Numbered from the stretch's first letter, positions 26,044 through 35,206 are shown. The stretch is 64,000 nt of DNA from Pseudomonadota bacterium (GCA_038751255.1 JBCDGN010000006.1:689-64688), one strand, 5' to 3'. Numbers and translations: made by a program. Notes: generated by a model not told the origin, from the sequence alone.

Positions 26044-27522
26044 ATGAAACGGCTCGCACTGGTATTGACGGCGTTTTTGAGTGTCGCAAGTTTCGCTATC
26101 GCAGAGGATCGCGCGCTGCTGATCGGCGTCAGTGCTTACAACGGGGACGCAGCGCCCCTGGTAGGACCAGCAAACGATCTTCGCCTGATGAAACGGGTCT
26201 TGACCGAAAAGTTTGATTTCGAGACGTCCCAAATTCTGACTCTGGCCGATGATGACGTGACCCGCGGTGCGGTCTTGGGTGCCTTTCAAGACTGGCTGAT
26301 CGACGGCACGCAGCCGGGAGATCGCGTGTTCATCTATTATTCCGGACATGGCACGCAGATCGCCGACCTTGATGGTGATGAAGGTCAAGAGGGACGGGAT
26401 GAGGCATTGGTCATGGTCGATTTTCGCCACTCTGATGCCCGATCCGGGGTCGTCACCGATGATGAGCTTGATGCGCTGTTCAAACGCCTCGCCGGTCGGC
26501 GCGTGACGGCGATTGTTGATGCCTGCCACTCTGGGACAGTGTCGCGATCGCTCACGCCGGTGGTGGCCTCGACCGCTGCGAGGGCGCGGTTTGTGCCGGC
26601 ACGGCTCGAAAACTTACGTGGTGTCTCGGAAACGCGGTCGAGGTCGCGTGATACCGACGCGTTCAAACAAGATGCCAGCATCACAAATAGCGACCGGCCA
26701 TCTACTGGGTTGCTGGAGGTCTGGTCCTCTGCCGCGTCCTACCAGCTTGCCTGGGAGACCGATTATGAGGGCGAGTCCCATGGTGTGTTCACCAAAAACT
26801 TCGCCGAAGCGGTTCTGGATGACCGAGCCGACAGCAATGACAATGGTCACACCAGCCGGGAAGAGCTTCTGGCCTACATAAACGCGCGCTCTGAGGCGTT
26901 CTGCGCATCCAGCCCAGACTGCGCCGCGCGTGGAACCGGGTTTACCCCACAGCTTGAAGTGCCCCATGCAAGCCGAATTCTGACCGTTGTCGATTGGCCG
27001 GAAGAAGGCAACGAGCCCATTTCTGCCCCGACGGTCCAGGAGATGCTTGATCTCATTACTGGCGGGCGCAGAGACGTAAGGCTCGAACTCGTCCATCTCG
27101 ACAGAACAAAGGGCGGACCCATTCGTCCCGGCGATCATGTGGCTTTCGAAATCCAATCTCAAAGGGACGGCGATGTGCTGCTGTTCGATCTACGTGATGG
27201 CGGTGTTGTGCATCAACTTTTCCCGAGTGTCGCCTTTGCGAAAAACACCTCAGTTTTTTCTGGCGGGACGCTACGCATCCCTGACGCCTATACCCAGGTC
27301 GCTTTTCCCGCGCCCGCGGGACAAGGTACCTTGGTCGCGCTGATCGTCCATGACGCTGGACTGGTGAACAGCCTCAGTCAGCGCAACCGGCAGCTTACCC
27401 CAATCACCGATCCGCTCAGCTTTCTTGGCGAATTGATGAGTGAAATCAATGGTGTTTGGCATGGCGATGCAGAGAACCGAAAGGTCGAATTTGGCATGGC
27501 CGTGATGCCTTATGCGATCTAA
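26044..27522 (+). CDS. Exported caspase-family (peptidase C14) protein with C-terminal DUF4384 domain
   Basis: ORF track gives 25999..27522. Start moved to ATG 26044 (MKRLALVLTAFLSVASFAIA signal), 1 nt after the upstream stop. RALLIGVSAY, His motif IYYSGHGTQI, Cys motif AIVDACHSG. C-terminal GDHVAFEIQSQRDGDVLLFDLRDGGVVHQLFPS (DUF4384-like). Confidence 0.9.
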   Translation: MKRLALVLTAFLSVASFAIAEDRALLIGVSAYNGDAAPLVGPANDLRLMKRVLTEKFDFETSQILTLADDDVTRGAVLGAFQDWLIDGTQPGDRVFIYYSGHGTQIADLDGDEGQEGRDEALVMVDFRHSDARSGVVTDDELDALFKRLAGRRVTAIVDACHSGTVSRSLTPVVASTAARARFVPARLENLRGVSETRSRSRDTDAFKQDASITNSDRPSTGLLEVWSSAASYQLAWETDYEGESHGVFTKNFAEAVLDDRADSNDNGHTSREELLAYINARSEAFCASSPDCAARGTGFTPQLEVPHASRILTVVDWPEEGNEPISAPTVQEMLDLITGGRRDVRLELVHLDRTKGGPIRPGDHVAFEIQSQRDGDVLLFDLRDGGVVHQLFPSVAFAKNTSVFSGGTLRIPDAYTQVAFPAPAGQGTLVALIVHDAGLVNSLSQRNRQLTPITDPLSFLGELMSEINGVWHGDAENRKVEFGMAVMPYAI

Positions 27523-29663
27523 ACCGCGACCGGGTTGTCCAACCTGCGCGACGCATCCAGTCGATCCATGTCCGCGTCCGAGCATCCCAGGGGTCGTGCA
27601 TCAACGCGCAAAACCTCCACCGATTTGGGAAGTTTGGCAGCGCGCAACGCCTCTTCGAAAAGAGATGTCTGGAACAGATCGCGCCGTGTCTCAAAAACCG
27701 TAAAACTTGGCATCCGTCCGCAGCGCGCATACCACGCCTTGGCCAGATCGATCATATCCGCGAACGGTGTATCGGGTTCAATGGTCTTCACGATCCGCAA
27801 GCTGTAGCAGGCGACCTCTAAGGGGAGATCCGCAAGCGCGGCGGATAGCGCCGTTTCGATAGAGTTCTCACCCTGTGTTAGATCAATGTTGAATTCCTGC
27901 CGCCAGACGCTTTTTCGCTGCGCCGCGTCGTAGCGTTCGGCACACCGTTCGAGGATCTGCACCACGATGTCTTCGTCTTTCTTTTGGTCGGCGGCGGAAA
28001 GATCTTCATAGTCGCGCATCAATGGATGCAATTTCTTTTCGTCGTCCCGCATGCCGGACTGAGCGGGCTCATAGCCGTCGGCGCGTTTTTCAGTGAGCCA
28101 CCGCTCGTGTTCTGTCTGCGAGAGCCGAAGGATCAGGGCCTCATCCCGAAGAAGCTGATCGGCCAACGCTCTTGGGAGTCGCATGCCAGCCAATCCGGTC
28201 CCATGATCCGGCCTCAATCCGGCGCTGCGCAAGAGCTCGACCGCAGAGAGCGCTGCCCGATAGCTGGACCGACGACTGGAGTAAGTCAGTTTCTTCCAGG
28301 CTTGTTCGACTTGTTTGTCTTTGTCCTGGGTGAGCAGCCAAGTATTGTGTAGGGTTTCTGCGAGTTCTTCATGGAAGTTTTCAATCTCACTGTCTTCGGT
28401 ATCGCTTCTGATCCCACCAAAGAAAACAGGGCGGCTCGTCAGATCTACTAATGCGGTGGGCGCAATGCGGTCTCGGAAGTCTTGGCGCACATAAATGGGC
28501 GCTTTCAAACGCAGCTTGTTTAACTGAGCCTGTCTGAGACGCGTGGCAATGGCCGCATTTCTCGCATCATTTCCAGTTGCGACGATCAGCGCGGTGAGCG
28601 GGGCGAGCTTCTCCAACTCAATCAGCGGTTGTAAAATAGCGTCTTCTCCGCAGCGAAGCCCATCGAAATCCGCGATATCGACATTGGACAGACCATACAG
28701 ACCTGGCCTTTCACTTTCCATCCGAGCAATCGCCCCCGACGGGTTGCTGTCCAGTATCGACAGGCGCAATGGTTTAAGATCGGGGGCATGACAGCGCAAA
28801 ACCAGCTCTTCCGCGATCGCAAGTCCAACGCTTCCAAGACCGATTAAGGCGATATGGACTTGGTCTTGCTGGCGCATGGTCGCAAGTGTTGTCGGCGCCA
28901 TATGTGTCACCAACGAGCGCGCGATGATCTGGCCCGCTGAAAACACCTCAAACTTCCGTAGATCCGCATGGAAAAGTTCCAAATCGCGGGCGATTGAGCC
29001 ATCCTCCAACCGAATGCGCCAGTGCAGTTTTTCGTTGTGCGGTGAGGCATGCCGCGCTGAAAGAGCACGGGCGAGCTGAAGGTTACGCACACTTTGCCGG
29101 TCGCCCAACGTGATATGAGCCGGCGCTCCGATCGCAGAGGCAATCTCGGCAATATCTTCTCCTGTAACTGGCAGCAGAGAGGTGCGGCTCAGTCTCGGGC
29201 TCAACACATCAAGGGTGTTTTTTTCGACGATCACCGTAAGAGGGCGATTTGCCAGATCGGCAGCGGTTTCTTCCATGTCCAACACAAAACGATCCCCACC
29301 AATGAGGACGTGGTGATCGGTTCGGTGTTTGGCCCGGAACTTCTTCCACGAGTCTCCTAAGAAAACAGCGACGACACCAAACACCGCCGAGATTGTGGCA
29401 AGCAAACCAGTTAAACTCGCAATGCGAAGCTCTAGAACGTTTGAAAATTTTTCGTCCGCATAAATACCGTCGCCGCCAAAGGCCAAGAGCGAAAGATAGA
29501 CCGCCGCAGGTGCGTCTTTTTCCGCCCCAGTCCAACCGATAAACCCAAGGATCAAAGTGACCGTGCCCATCACGCAAAAGAAAACCCAAGCGGCATGGCG
29601 TTTTACAAAGCTTAAAAGGTCTCTCATTCCACACACATGAAATAGGTCATCAGAGGAATTCAC
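27519..29663 (-). CDS. Membrane protein with Rossmann-type (TrkA-N-like) region and a RyR-type domain
   Basis: N-terminal hydrophobic helices (WVFFCVMGTVTLILGFIGW, LTGLLATISAVFGVVAVFLG). Dinucleotide-binding motif VHIALIGLGSVGLAIAEEL. LSQTEHERWLTEKRADGYEP..DEKKLHPLMRDYEDLSAADQKKDEDIV matches the bacterial RyR-domain pattern as I remember it. ~170-aa unassigned C-terminus. The ORF starts at GTG 29663; ATG 29627 is an alternative. Confidence 0.65.
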   Translation of the reverse strand: MNSSDDLFHVCGMRDLLSFVKRHAAWVFFCVMGTVTLILGFIGWTGAEKDAPAAVYLSLLAFGGDGIYADEKFSNVLELRIASLTGLLATISAVFGVVAVFLGDSWKKFRAKHRTDHHVLIGGDRFVLDMEETAADLANRPLTVIVEKNTLDVLSPRLSRTSLLPVTGEDIAEIASAIGAPAHITLGDRQSVRNLQLARALSARHASPHNEKLHWRIRLEDGSIARDLELFHADLRKFEVFSAGQIIARSLVTHMAPTTLATMRQQDQVHIALIGLGSVGLAIAEELVLRCHAPDLKPLRLSILDSNPSGAIARMESERPGLYGLSNVDIADFDGLRCGEDAILQPLIELEKLAPLTALIVATGNDARNAAIATRLRQAQLNKLRLKAPIYVRQDFRDRIAPTALVDLTSRPVFFGGIRSDTEDSEIENFHEELAETLHNTWLLTQDKDKQVEQAWKKLTYSSRRSSYRAALSAVELLRSAGLRPDHGTGLAGMRLPRALADQLLRDEALILRLSQTEHERWLTEKRADGYEPAQSGMRDDEKKLHPLMRDYEDLSAADQKKDEDIVVQILERCAERYDAAQRKSVWRQEFNIDLTQGENSIETALSAALADLPLEVACYSLRIVKTIEPDTPFADMIDLAKAWYARCGRMPSFTVFETRRDLFQTSLFEEALRAAKLPKSVEVLRVDARPLGCSDADMDRLDASRRLDNPVAV

Positions 29664-29812
29664 TGGCTTGGATCACGCAAGTGCTGTGCTAGTGATTGCC
29701 CGAGAATGGGGTATTAATCTAGCCGCTATTTGGAACTGCTGGGTTTGGTACATGCTGGGGCAACGGTGGGATTTCGGGAGTGGCTCAGGGACGCTTGGGT
29801 GGTCCGCGTGAC

Positions 29813-30910
29813 ATGACCGAACCACGTCGGATACTCTCCATCTCTGGCGGGGGCGTTCGTGGCATCATCGCTGTCGCGTTCCTTGAGGCGGTAGAAGGTA
29901 TCTACCGCGCACGACGCGGGCCCGATGCTCGGCTATGTGACGTCTTTGATTTGGTCGGCGGGACCTCTACCGGTGCGCTCATTGCGGCGGCGGTAGCGCT
30001 CGGCCATCCAATGGAGCAGGTTGCGGATTTCTACCTCACCCGCGCAAAAGACTATTTCAAACGCCGAGCCTCTTGGCGCTTGGGGCTTGCGCCGGTGTAT
30101 GACGCTGCGACGCTTGAGAAGGAAATTCGTCTTGAGGTCGGCGATGTGCGATTGGGCGACCCAGAGCTGCGCACCTTATTCGCCGTTGTAATGAAGCGTC
30201 TCGACACCGGCGCCTCTTGGATTGTGTCAAACATCCCCTCTGCCCCTTATTTCGAAGACCCTCCAGACAACAGTTTTGTCGGCAATCGCCATTATCCGCT
30301 GGCGCGGCTCTTGCGTGCGAGCACAGCCGCGCCTGTCTTGTTCAGTCAAGAGGTCCTTGAGATCGTCGAAAACGAGCCGCCGGGTGTCTTCGTTGATGGT
30401 GGTATCAGCCCTTATAACGACCCTTCGCTCGCGCTGCTAATGCTCGCGCGGATGCAGGCCTTTGGCCTGTCATGGGAGTTGGGGCCAGAGCAGCTTTTTG
30501 TTCTATCAGTCGGCTGTGGTCAGGTTCGGCGCCGCCTGGAGCCGCAAAGCGCAGCGAGTGCCGGACCATTGCGCCTGGCAGCACAGGCGCTCATGGGGAC
30601 CACATGGGACGGCATGAACCATACGCGGATGATGATGCAGTGGCTTGGCGTGCCCTTGGTGCAAGAACCGGTCAATAGCGAAGTCGGCACCCTCGCCGAG
30701 GATCATCTTTTTGGGACACCGATTTTCTCAGAACTCAATCTTGACCTCCCGTTTGATGAAGACCGCTTGCGGGCTGCTGGACTGGATGTCGCGGAGGCAA
30801 CGCTCAAAGAGTATCGAGTGCTCGATAATCCTGACATTATCCATCCGCTCTACGATCTTGCCCGCGCTTGGTGCGCAAATACCTATGATTTAGAAGCTCT
30901 TTTGCCTTGA
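29813..30910 (+). CDS. Patatin-like phospholipase
   Basis: Oxyanion motif SGGGVRG, nucleophile elbow GGTSTG (GxSxG), catalytic Asp motif VFVDGGISPYNDP. The ORF opens at GTG 29780; ATG 29813 chosen. Confidence 0.9.
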   Translation: MTEPRRILSISGGGVRGIIAVAFLEAVEGIYRARRGPDARLCDVFDLVGGTSTGALIAAAVALGHPMEQVADFYLTRAKDYFKRRASWRLGLAPVYDAATLEKEIRLEVGDVRLGDPELRTLFAVVMKRLDTGASWIVSNIPSAPYFEDPPDNSFVGNRHYPLARLLRASTAAPVLFSQEVLEIVENEPPGVFVDGGISPYNDPSLALLMLARMQAFGLSWELGPEQLFVLSVGCGQVRRRLEPQSAASAGPLRLAAQALMGTTWDGMNHTRMMMQWLGVPLVQEPVNSEVGTLAEDHLFGTPIFSELNLDLPFDEDRLRAAGLDVAEATLKEYRVLDNPDIIHPLYDLARAWCANTYDLEALLP

Positions 30911-30919
30911 GGAGATATT

Positions 30920-32983
30920 ATGACCGACAGTGTTGAACTGCATCCTCGAATGACCTTACGCGTCGGCGTGACCGGCCATCGGCCAGACAACGAAGCGATG
31001 AAGGCGGCGATCGCAGAAGGGGGTCTTGAAGACAAGATCTCGAAACTGTTGCGGTGCCTTTCTGCTGCTGTTCAAGATCTCCACGCACAGGATCAGAACC
31101 CGCAAGATATTGGGAATACGACAAAAACCGCAGCCTACTCGAGTGAAGATCCAGAATTTCGTCTTGCCACCGCTCTCGCCGCAGGGGCCGATTGCATCGC
31201 GGCAAAAGCTGCGGTTCGCGAAGGCTACCTGCTCAGCTGTTTGCTTCCTTACATGCAGGCGCCTGCGCCAAACCGTCCCAACTATCGCCCGGATTTCACG
31301 GATGAAGAATGGGCCGGTTTCCAGGAGCTTTGGCAAATCAAAAATGGGCCGCGGCTCGAACTTGATGTCTCGGACGAAAACGATGATCCGCTTGCTTACC
31401 AGGCCGCTGGACGCTTGGTTTTGGCCCATTGCGATGTTTTGCTTGCCATTTGGGACGGAGAACCGAGTGGCGGGGTTGGCGGAACGCGCGATACGATGGA
31501 AGAGGCCCTGCGCCGTGGTCATCGTGTTATCTGGCTGGACCTCAAGACCGGCAATATTATCCTTTGGCCCACGCAACAGCAGGGCGGGGATCCCAGAGTT
31601 GATCCTGAATACCCGCGAATTGATCTGGAAAAAGGCTCTTGCGACCCTGTGTTGCAGGATATGCTGGAAACGCTCTTGGCCTTTCCGGAGACGCAATCGA
31701 CTGATCAGAGCGATCACCACAACGGATCCAAGGGCGCCCATGGTCAGACGCAATCTGACACGCGCGAAAGCCTGAAAGACTACTATGACGCGAAGGAGAA
31801 AGACGATGCCTATCTCATCTTTGGATATGATTGGCTGAGGTTTATCTTCAATGCAGGCGGAAGCTTATCGCTCAAAACTTCCTTCGTCACAGGACCAGAC
31901 GGCGACCAAAAGCGTTGGAAAAAGATCTCCGACGCGGCCGACAAAATTGAGGCAGATGCCAATCGGGATCGCGAGAGTTTATCCAACCGGATTGATCGTT
32001 GCATCGTTCGGCGATGGCGAAGGGCGGACCGTTTGGCCAATGAGTTCTCTGCACGCTATCGCAGTGCTTATGTCTGGAACTTTATCTCCGCGGCCCTGGC
32101 CGTGTTCTTTGGCTTACTGATCATACTGTATCCGACCGACTACCCACCCTTGGAAGGTGCCGCGACGGCTTTTTCGGACTGGAAAACACTGGAGATCAAG
32201 GCGATCCTGGTTCTGATCGAATTGGTGCTGGTCTTAGGTATTTTGTTGCGGACCTGGTGGGGCGTCAAAAAGCATTGGCATGAACGTTGGCTCGACTATC
32301 GCTATATTGCAGAGTCGCTTAGGCCCGCGCCGTTGTCGATGCTAATGGGCAGCTCTCCTCTAAGACCCGAACTTTTCCCAGGCGGCGCGCCGGGGCAGGA
32401 TTGGGTGATGTGGTATGTGAGAGCATGTCTGCGCGAAATAGAACCCCCGAGCGGTGTCATCGGACGCGAAGAATTGCGTCTGGTCATAAATGCAGCGCTC
32501 GAAACCGAGGTGGAACCGCAAATCAAGTATCATGCATTGAACAAAAAGCGGATGCACAAGCTGTTTCACGGGATCGAGAAACTAGCGAAGTGGTTGCTCA
32601 TTGCGACGCTCGGGGTCGGGGGGCTCTACCTAATTGTCTTTGCCATTTATTGGGTGACGGACCACAAATGGCTGTCAGATCAGCTTAAGAGCGTTGGGAA
32701 GCCCTGGTTTACCTTTCTAGGTGGCATTCTTCCGGTGTTTGGGGCAGCGCTTTTTGGCATCCGTGTGACCGGTGATTTTGGAGCGCTCGAGCGGCAATCC
32801 AAACGTACACTCGCCTCTTTGGAGAGTATTCAGGCGAACCTGCTGAAAGAGTGCAACGCGGAGCATAGTCCAAACCGGATCCGCTTGCGACGGTCGTTCG
32901 CGCACCTCTCAACGGTGCTTTCGGCAGACGTCCACTTGTGGGGGACCATCTATAGCGAGCGGCCCCTGCCTGCAGGTTTTTAG
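30920..32983 (+). CDS. SLOG-like nucleotide-binding domain fused to SLATT-type transmembrane modules
   Basis: Strong RBS GAGGAG 7 nt upstream. N-terminal Rossmann-like region RVGVTGHRPD..AAGADCIAA..HCDVLLAIWDGEPSGGVGGTRDTMEEAL (LOG/SLOG-like GGxGGTxxE motif). C-terminal half has two helix-pair modules preceded by amphipathic helices (YRSAYVWNFISAALAVFFGLLIILY / AILVLIELVLVLGILL; LAKWLLIATLGVGGLYLIVFAIYWV / WFTFLGGILPVFGAALFGI), resembling DUF4231/SLATT. Assignment is by eye. Confidence 0.65.
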   Translation: MTDSVELHPRMTLRVGVTGHRPDNEAMKAAIAEGGLEDKISKLLRCLSAAVQDLHAQDQNPQDIGNTTKTAAYSSEDPEFRLATALAAGADCIAAKAAVREGYLLSCLLPYMQAPAPNRPNYRPDFTDEEWAGFQELWQIKNGPRLELDVSDENDDPLAYQAAGRLVLAHCDVLLAIWDGEPSGGVGGTRDTMEEALRRGHRVIWLDLKTGNIILWPTQQQGGDPRVDPEYPRIDLEKGSCDPVLQDMLETLLAFPETQSTDQSDHHNGSKGAHGQTQSDTRESLKDYYDAKEKDDAYLIFGYDWLRFIFNAGGSLSLKTSFVTGPDGDQKRWKKISDAADKIEADANRDRESLSNRIDRCIVRRWRRADRLANEFSARYRSAYVWNFISAALAVFFGLLIILYPTDYPPLEGAATAFSDWKTLEIKAILVLIELVLVLGILLRTWWGVKKHWHERWLDYRYIAESLRPAPLSMLMGSSPLRPELFPGGAPGQDWVMWYVRACLREIEPPSGVIGREELRLVINAALETEVEPQIKYHALNKKRMHKLFHGIEKLAKWLLIATLGVGGLYLIVFAIYWVTDHKWLSDQLKSVGKPWFTFLGGILPVFGAALFGIRVTGDFGALERQSKRTLASLESIQANLLKECNAEHSPNRIRLRRSFAHLSTVLSADVHLWGTIYSERPLPAGF

Positions 32984-33001
32984 GAGCGAGAGACTGGTCG
33001 C

Positions 33002-33718
33002 TTAGCTGACTGGGTTCTTGGGCATTGTTCCTAGCGCCAGCACCCTGTTGAGGAGCTGGTGCACTGCTTCGGCAACGCCCGCGAGGACGATCGTGGTCAC
33101 GCCTATATCGATAAGCTGAAAGAGCTCGAGCTGTGTGGCAGGCAAGCTTGCAGCCACAAACTCCGGCGAGAACGCGGCTTTGAGCAATTGGAAGCCAGAA
33201 AGGCTCACCGCTGCACCCAAAAGACAGGACCAAAGGATGGCGCTGTGTTTTTTACGCCGGCGCAAATCCTCGAGCTTTAGCCGCGCATTGGCGGCCTTGT
33301 CCGATATGCCTTGGCGGATTGCCTCAGATTCGGCACCCATTGCGTCTTCGACAAGCAGCATCCTGTCTTGTGGGTTGACCAAAAGCTCCAGATCCTGTGC
33401 CAGCATATCGGAACGCACTTTGTTGCGCGCCAAGGCCTCACGCAGTGGCAGCTGGATCGCGATTTCTTCTGCCCCGTAGAGTGAGCTCAAGATGAGCTCC
33501 ACTCCGCGTTCAATGAGGATCGCAAGAAATAAGACCAGCACCAAGAGCTTGCCAAGATCAGCAAGGCTGACCCCGGCTGAACTGACCGCTGAGAACCCCA
33601 ATTTGCCAGCAGCAAAACTCGCCGCAACAATGATCAAGATAACAAGGCCGTAGCCTAACATGCTGATCTTTCCAGGGGCGGTGCCGTTATCGGTCATGTT
33701 GAACTGTCCCGAGATCAT
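33002..33718 (-). CDS. Hypothetical 4-TM membrane protein with a charged coiled-coil-like loop
   Basis: Hydrophobic helices (LGYGLVILIIVAASFAA, LLVLVLFLAILIERGV, AILWSCLLGAAVSLSGF, IDIGVTTIVLAGVAEAV). The start forms ATGA with the stop of the upstream subtilisin gene. No family recognised. Confidence 0.6.
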   Translation of the reverse strand: MISGQFNMTDNGTAPGKISMLGYGLVILIIVAASFAAGKLGFSAVSSAGVSLADLGKLLVLVLFLAILIERGVELILSSLYGAEEIAIQLPLREALARNKVRSDMLAQDLELLVNPQDRMLLVEDAMGAESEAIRQGISDKAANARLKLEDLRRRKKHSAILWSCLLGAAVSLSGFQLLKAAFSPEFVAASLPATQLELFQLIDIGVTTIVLAGVAEAVHQLLNRVLALGTMPKNPVS

Positions 33719-35196
33719 TGTGTGAAGTTTTTCCAGGCAATGGCCGGTTCAGCCGTCTTGTACTTGGCGGGCGCGTTGCCGGTGAGTTTTTCTCTGATCT
33801 CTGACACGTTGCCCGCAGTGACTTTGCCCGCCGAGATCGCGAGTGAGACCAAGCCTGCTGCCACCGCAACTGCACCTGACGTGCCGCTAAATCGGCAAAA
33901 GCAGGATCGGTAGTCGAGATACTTGTCCTCTTTCCCCTTTGCTTTGGCGAAGGGACTGCTGTTGTACCCTGCGCGCCCTGGCACGTCGGTTGAAATCAGT
34001 TCTTGCGGGGCAAAGCTGTGCTCGTCGGGCGGGTTCTCATGCGGATAGGTGTGCAGTTTACCGCTGTAGCAGCTCGATTGTTCACCGGCGCGATAGCCAA
34101 CCGCAACTGTGTCGATGCGCTGCATTCTTTTGTCGAGCCGCTCACCATCGCCGCTTGGGCCGTAAACGGTGACGTCGTTTGATTCCGGTGTGAAGGCTGA
34201 TCTTTGGCCCGCTGCCGTGCGTGCCCCGACAGCAATAATTCCGTGATGATTGCGTGCCAGTGAGGCAGGGAACAGTACAAGATCATCTCCCCCATTTCCG
34301 GCGGCGCACAGGACCGGGATCTTTGTGGAGACCGCGATCACCAACTCTTCCAAGAGGTCCCATTCTTCCATTTCTTCTTTGCGAAGGCCAACGCCTAGCG
34401 CTTCACTGAGCTTCTGACGCTTGTCATCTTCGCTGTCGTAACAGGCCTGTAGGACAAGGCTAACTGGTTTCGGAAAATCGCGCGCTAAGACGATCAGGTC
34501 CGCCTCAACCAAGACCGAATAGAGCATGGTGAGGATAAGTTGCTGAGGCTCTGGATTGAAATTGGTCGAGATCGGGATGATTTCGCAGAAGGGGTCGACC
34601 CCGGCATAGGCCAAGCCAAGCGTTCCTTCTGCGTCAGGGTTCACAACCATTTTGATATTGCTGTCTGCGGGTGTCACCGGTTGCGCACCGATCAGTCCCG
34701 CCATGGCCGTGCCGTGAGCTGAGAAATTTTTAGAGGTCGCGGGTTTCACTTTCGAACTGTGGTCTTTTTCCGGCGAGCTTTTCTCGAAATGCTGATCGAG
34801 ATGCTCGATCATGTCCTCCCAAAACTTGCGAGCGTCGTCAGGCAGATGCTCGGGCCAATCAACCTCACCTTTTTTGACGATCTTCCCAAGTCGACTGTCT
34901 CCCTTATTTTCCAAGATCGGCAGGCCAAGCTTGTGCGAGAAAAAATCGACACCCAAGTCTTTGGCGATGGTGTTCTTTAAATTGGGATGTTCATCATCCA
35001 CTGAGGTGTCGATCAGAGCGACCCGAGTGGCTGGGGCGTTGCCCTCTACGATGCGCGTGTGAGCATCGTCCCAGGCACTGGAATTGAAGTCATTGAGATT
35101 CTCAAGCACGCCGATTTCTTCTAGGTGCCAAAGCGCTTTGAAAGGGGCGTAAACGCCGGTGCTGTCAGCGCCGTTATTTGCAGGTGTCATCGTCAT
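33715..35196 (-). CDS. Subtilisin-like (peptidase S8) serine protease, no obvious signal peptide
   Basis: Catalytic motifs VALIDTSVDDEHPNL (Asp), HGTAMAGLIGA (His), CAAGNGG (oxyanion Asn), FSGTSGAVAVAAG (Ser). ORF track gives 33715..35259. Start moved to ATG 35196 (MTMTPANNG), which has GAGG 8 nt upstream and lies 10 nt after the upstream stop. Confidence 0.85.
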   Translation of the reverse strand: MTMTPANNGADSTGVYAPFKALWHLEEIGVLENLNDFNSSAWDDAHTRIVEGNAPATRVALIDTSVDDEHPNLKNTIAKDLGVDFFSHKLGLPILENKGDSRLGKIVKKGEVDWPEHLPDDARKFWEDMIEHLDQHFEKSSPEKDHSSKVKPATSKNFSAHGTAMAGLIGAQPVTPADSNIKMVVNPDAEGTLGLAYAGVDPFCEIIPISTNFNPEPQQLILTMLYSVLVEADLIVLARDFPKPVSLVLQACYDSEDDKRQKLSEALGVGLRKEEMEEWDLLEELVIAVSTKIPVLCAAGNGGDDLVLFPASLARNHHGIIAVGARTAAGQRSAFTPESNDVTVYGPSGDGERLDKRMQRIDTVAVGYRAGEQSSCYSGKLHTYPHENPPDEHSFAPQELISTDVPGRAGYNSSPFAKAKGKEDKYLDYRSCFCRFSGTSGAVAVAAGLVSLAISAGKVTAGNVSEIREKLTGNAPAKYKTAEPAIAWKNFTQ

Positions 35197-35206
35197 AGCA
35201 ATTACC

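Noticed and set aside
27519-27522. Convergent caspase and RyR-domain genes whose stop codons overlap (CTAA)
   Set aside because: It is real in the sequence, but probably just tight packing. I have no evidence of function beyond the possible antisense read-through already noted for 11508-11535.
30956-31775. 265-aa (minus) and 249-aa (plus) ORFs overlapping the SLOG-SLATT gene
   Set aside because: No motifs and Arg-rich. The 687-aa frame has a strong RBS, a LOG-like GGxGGT motif and paired TM helices.
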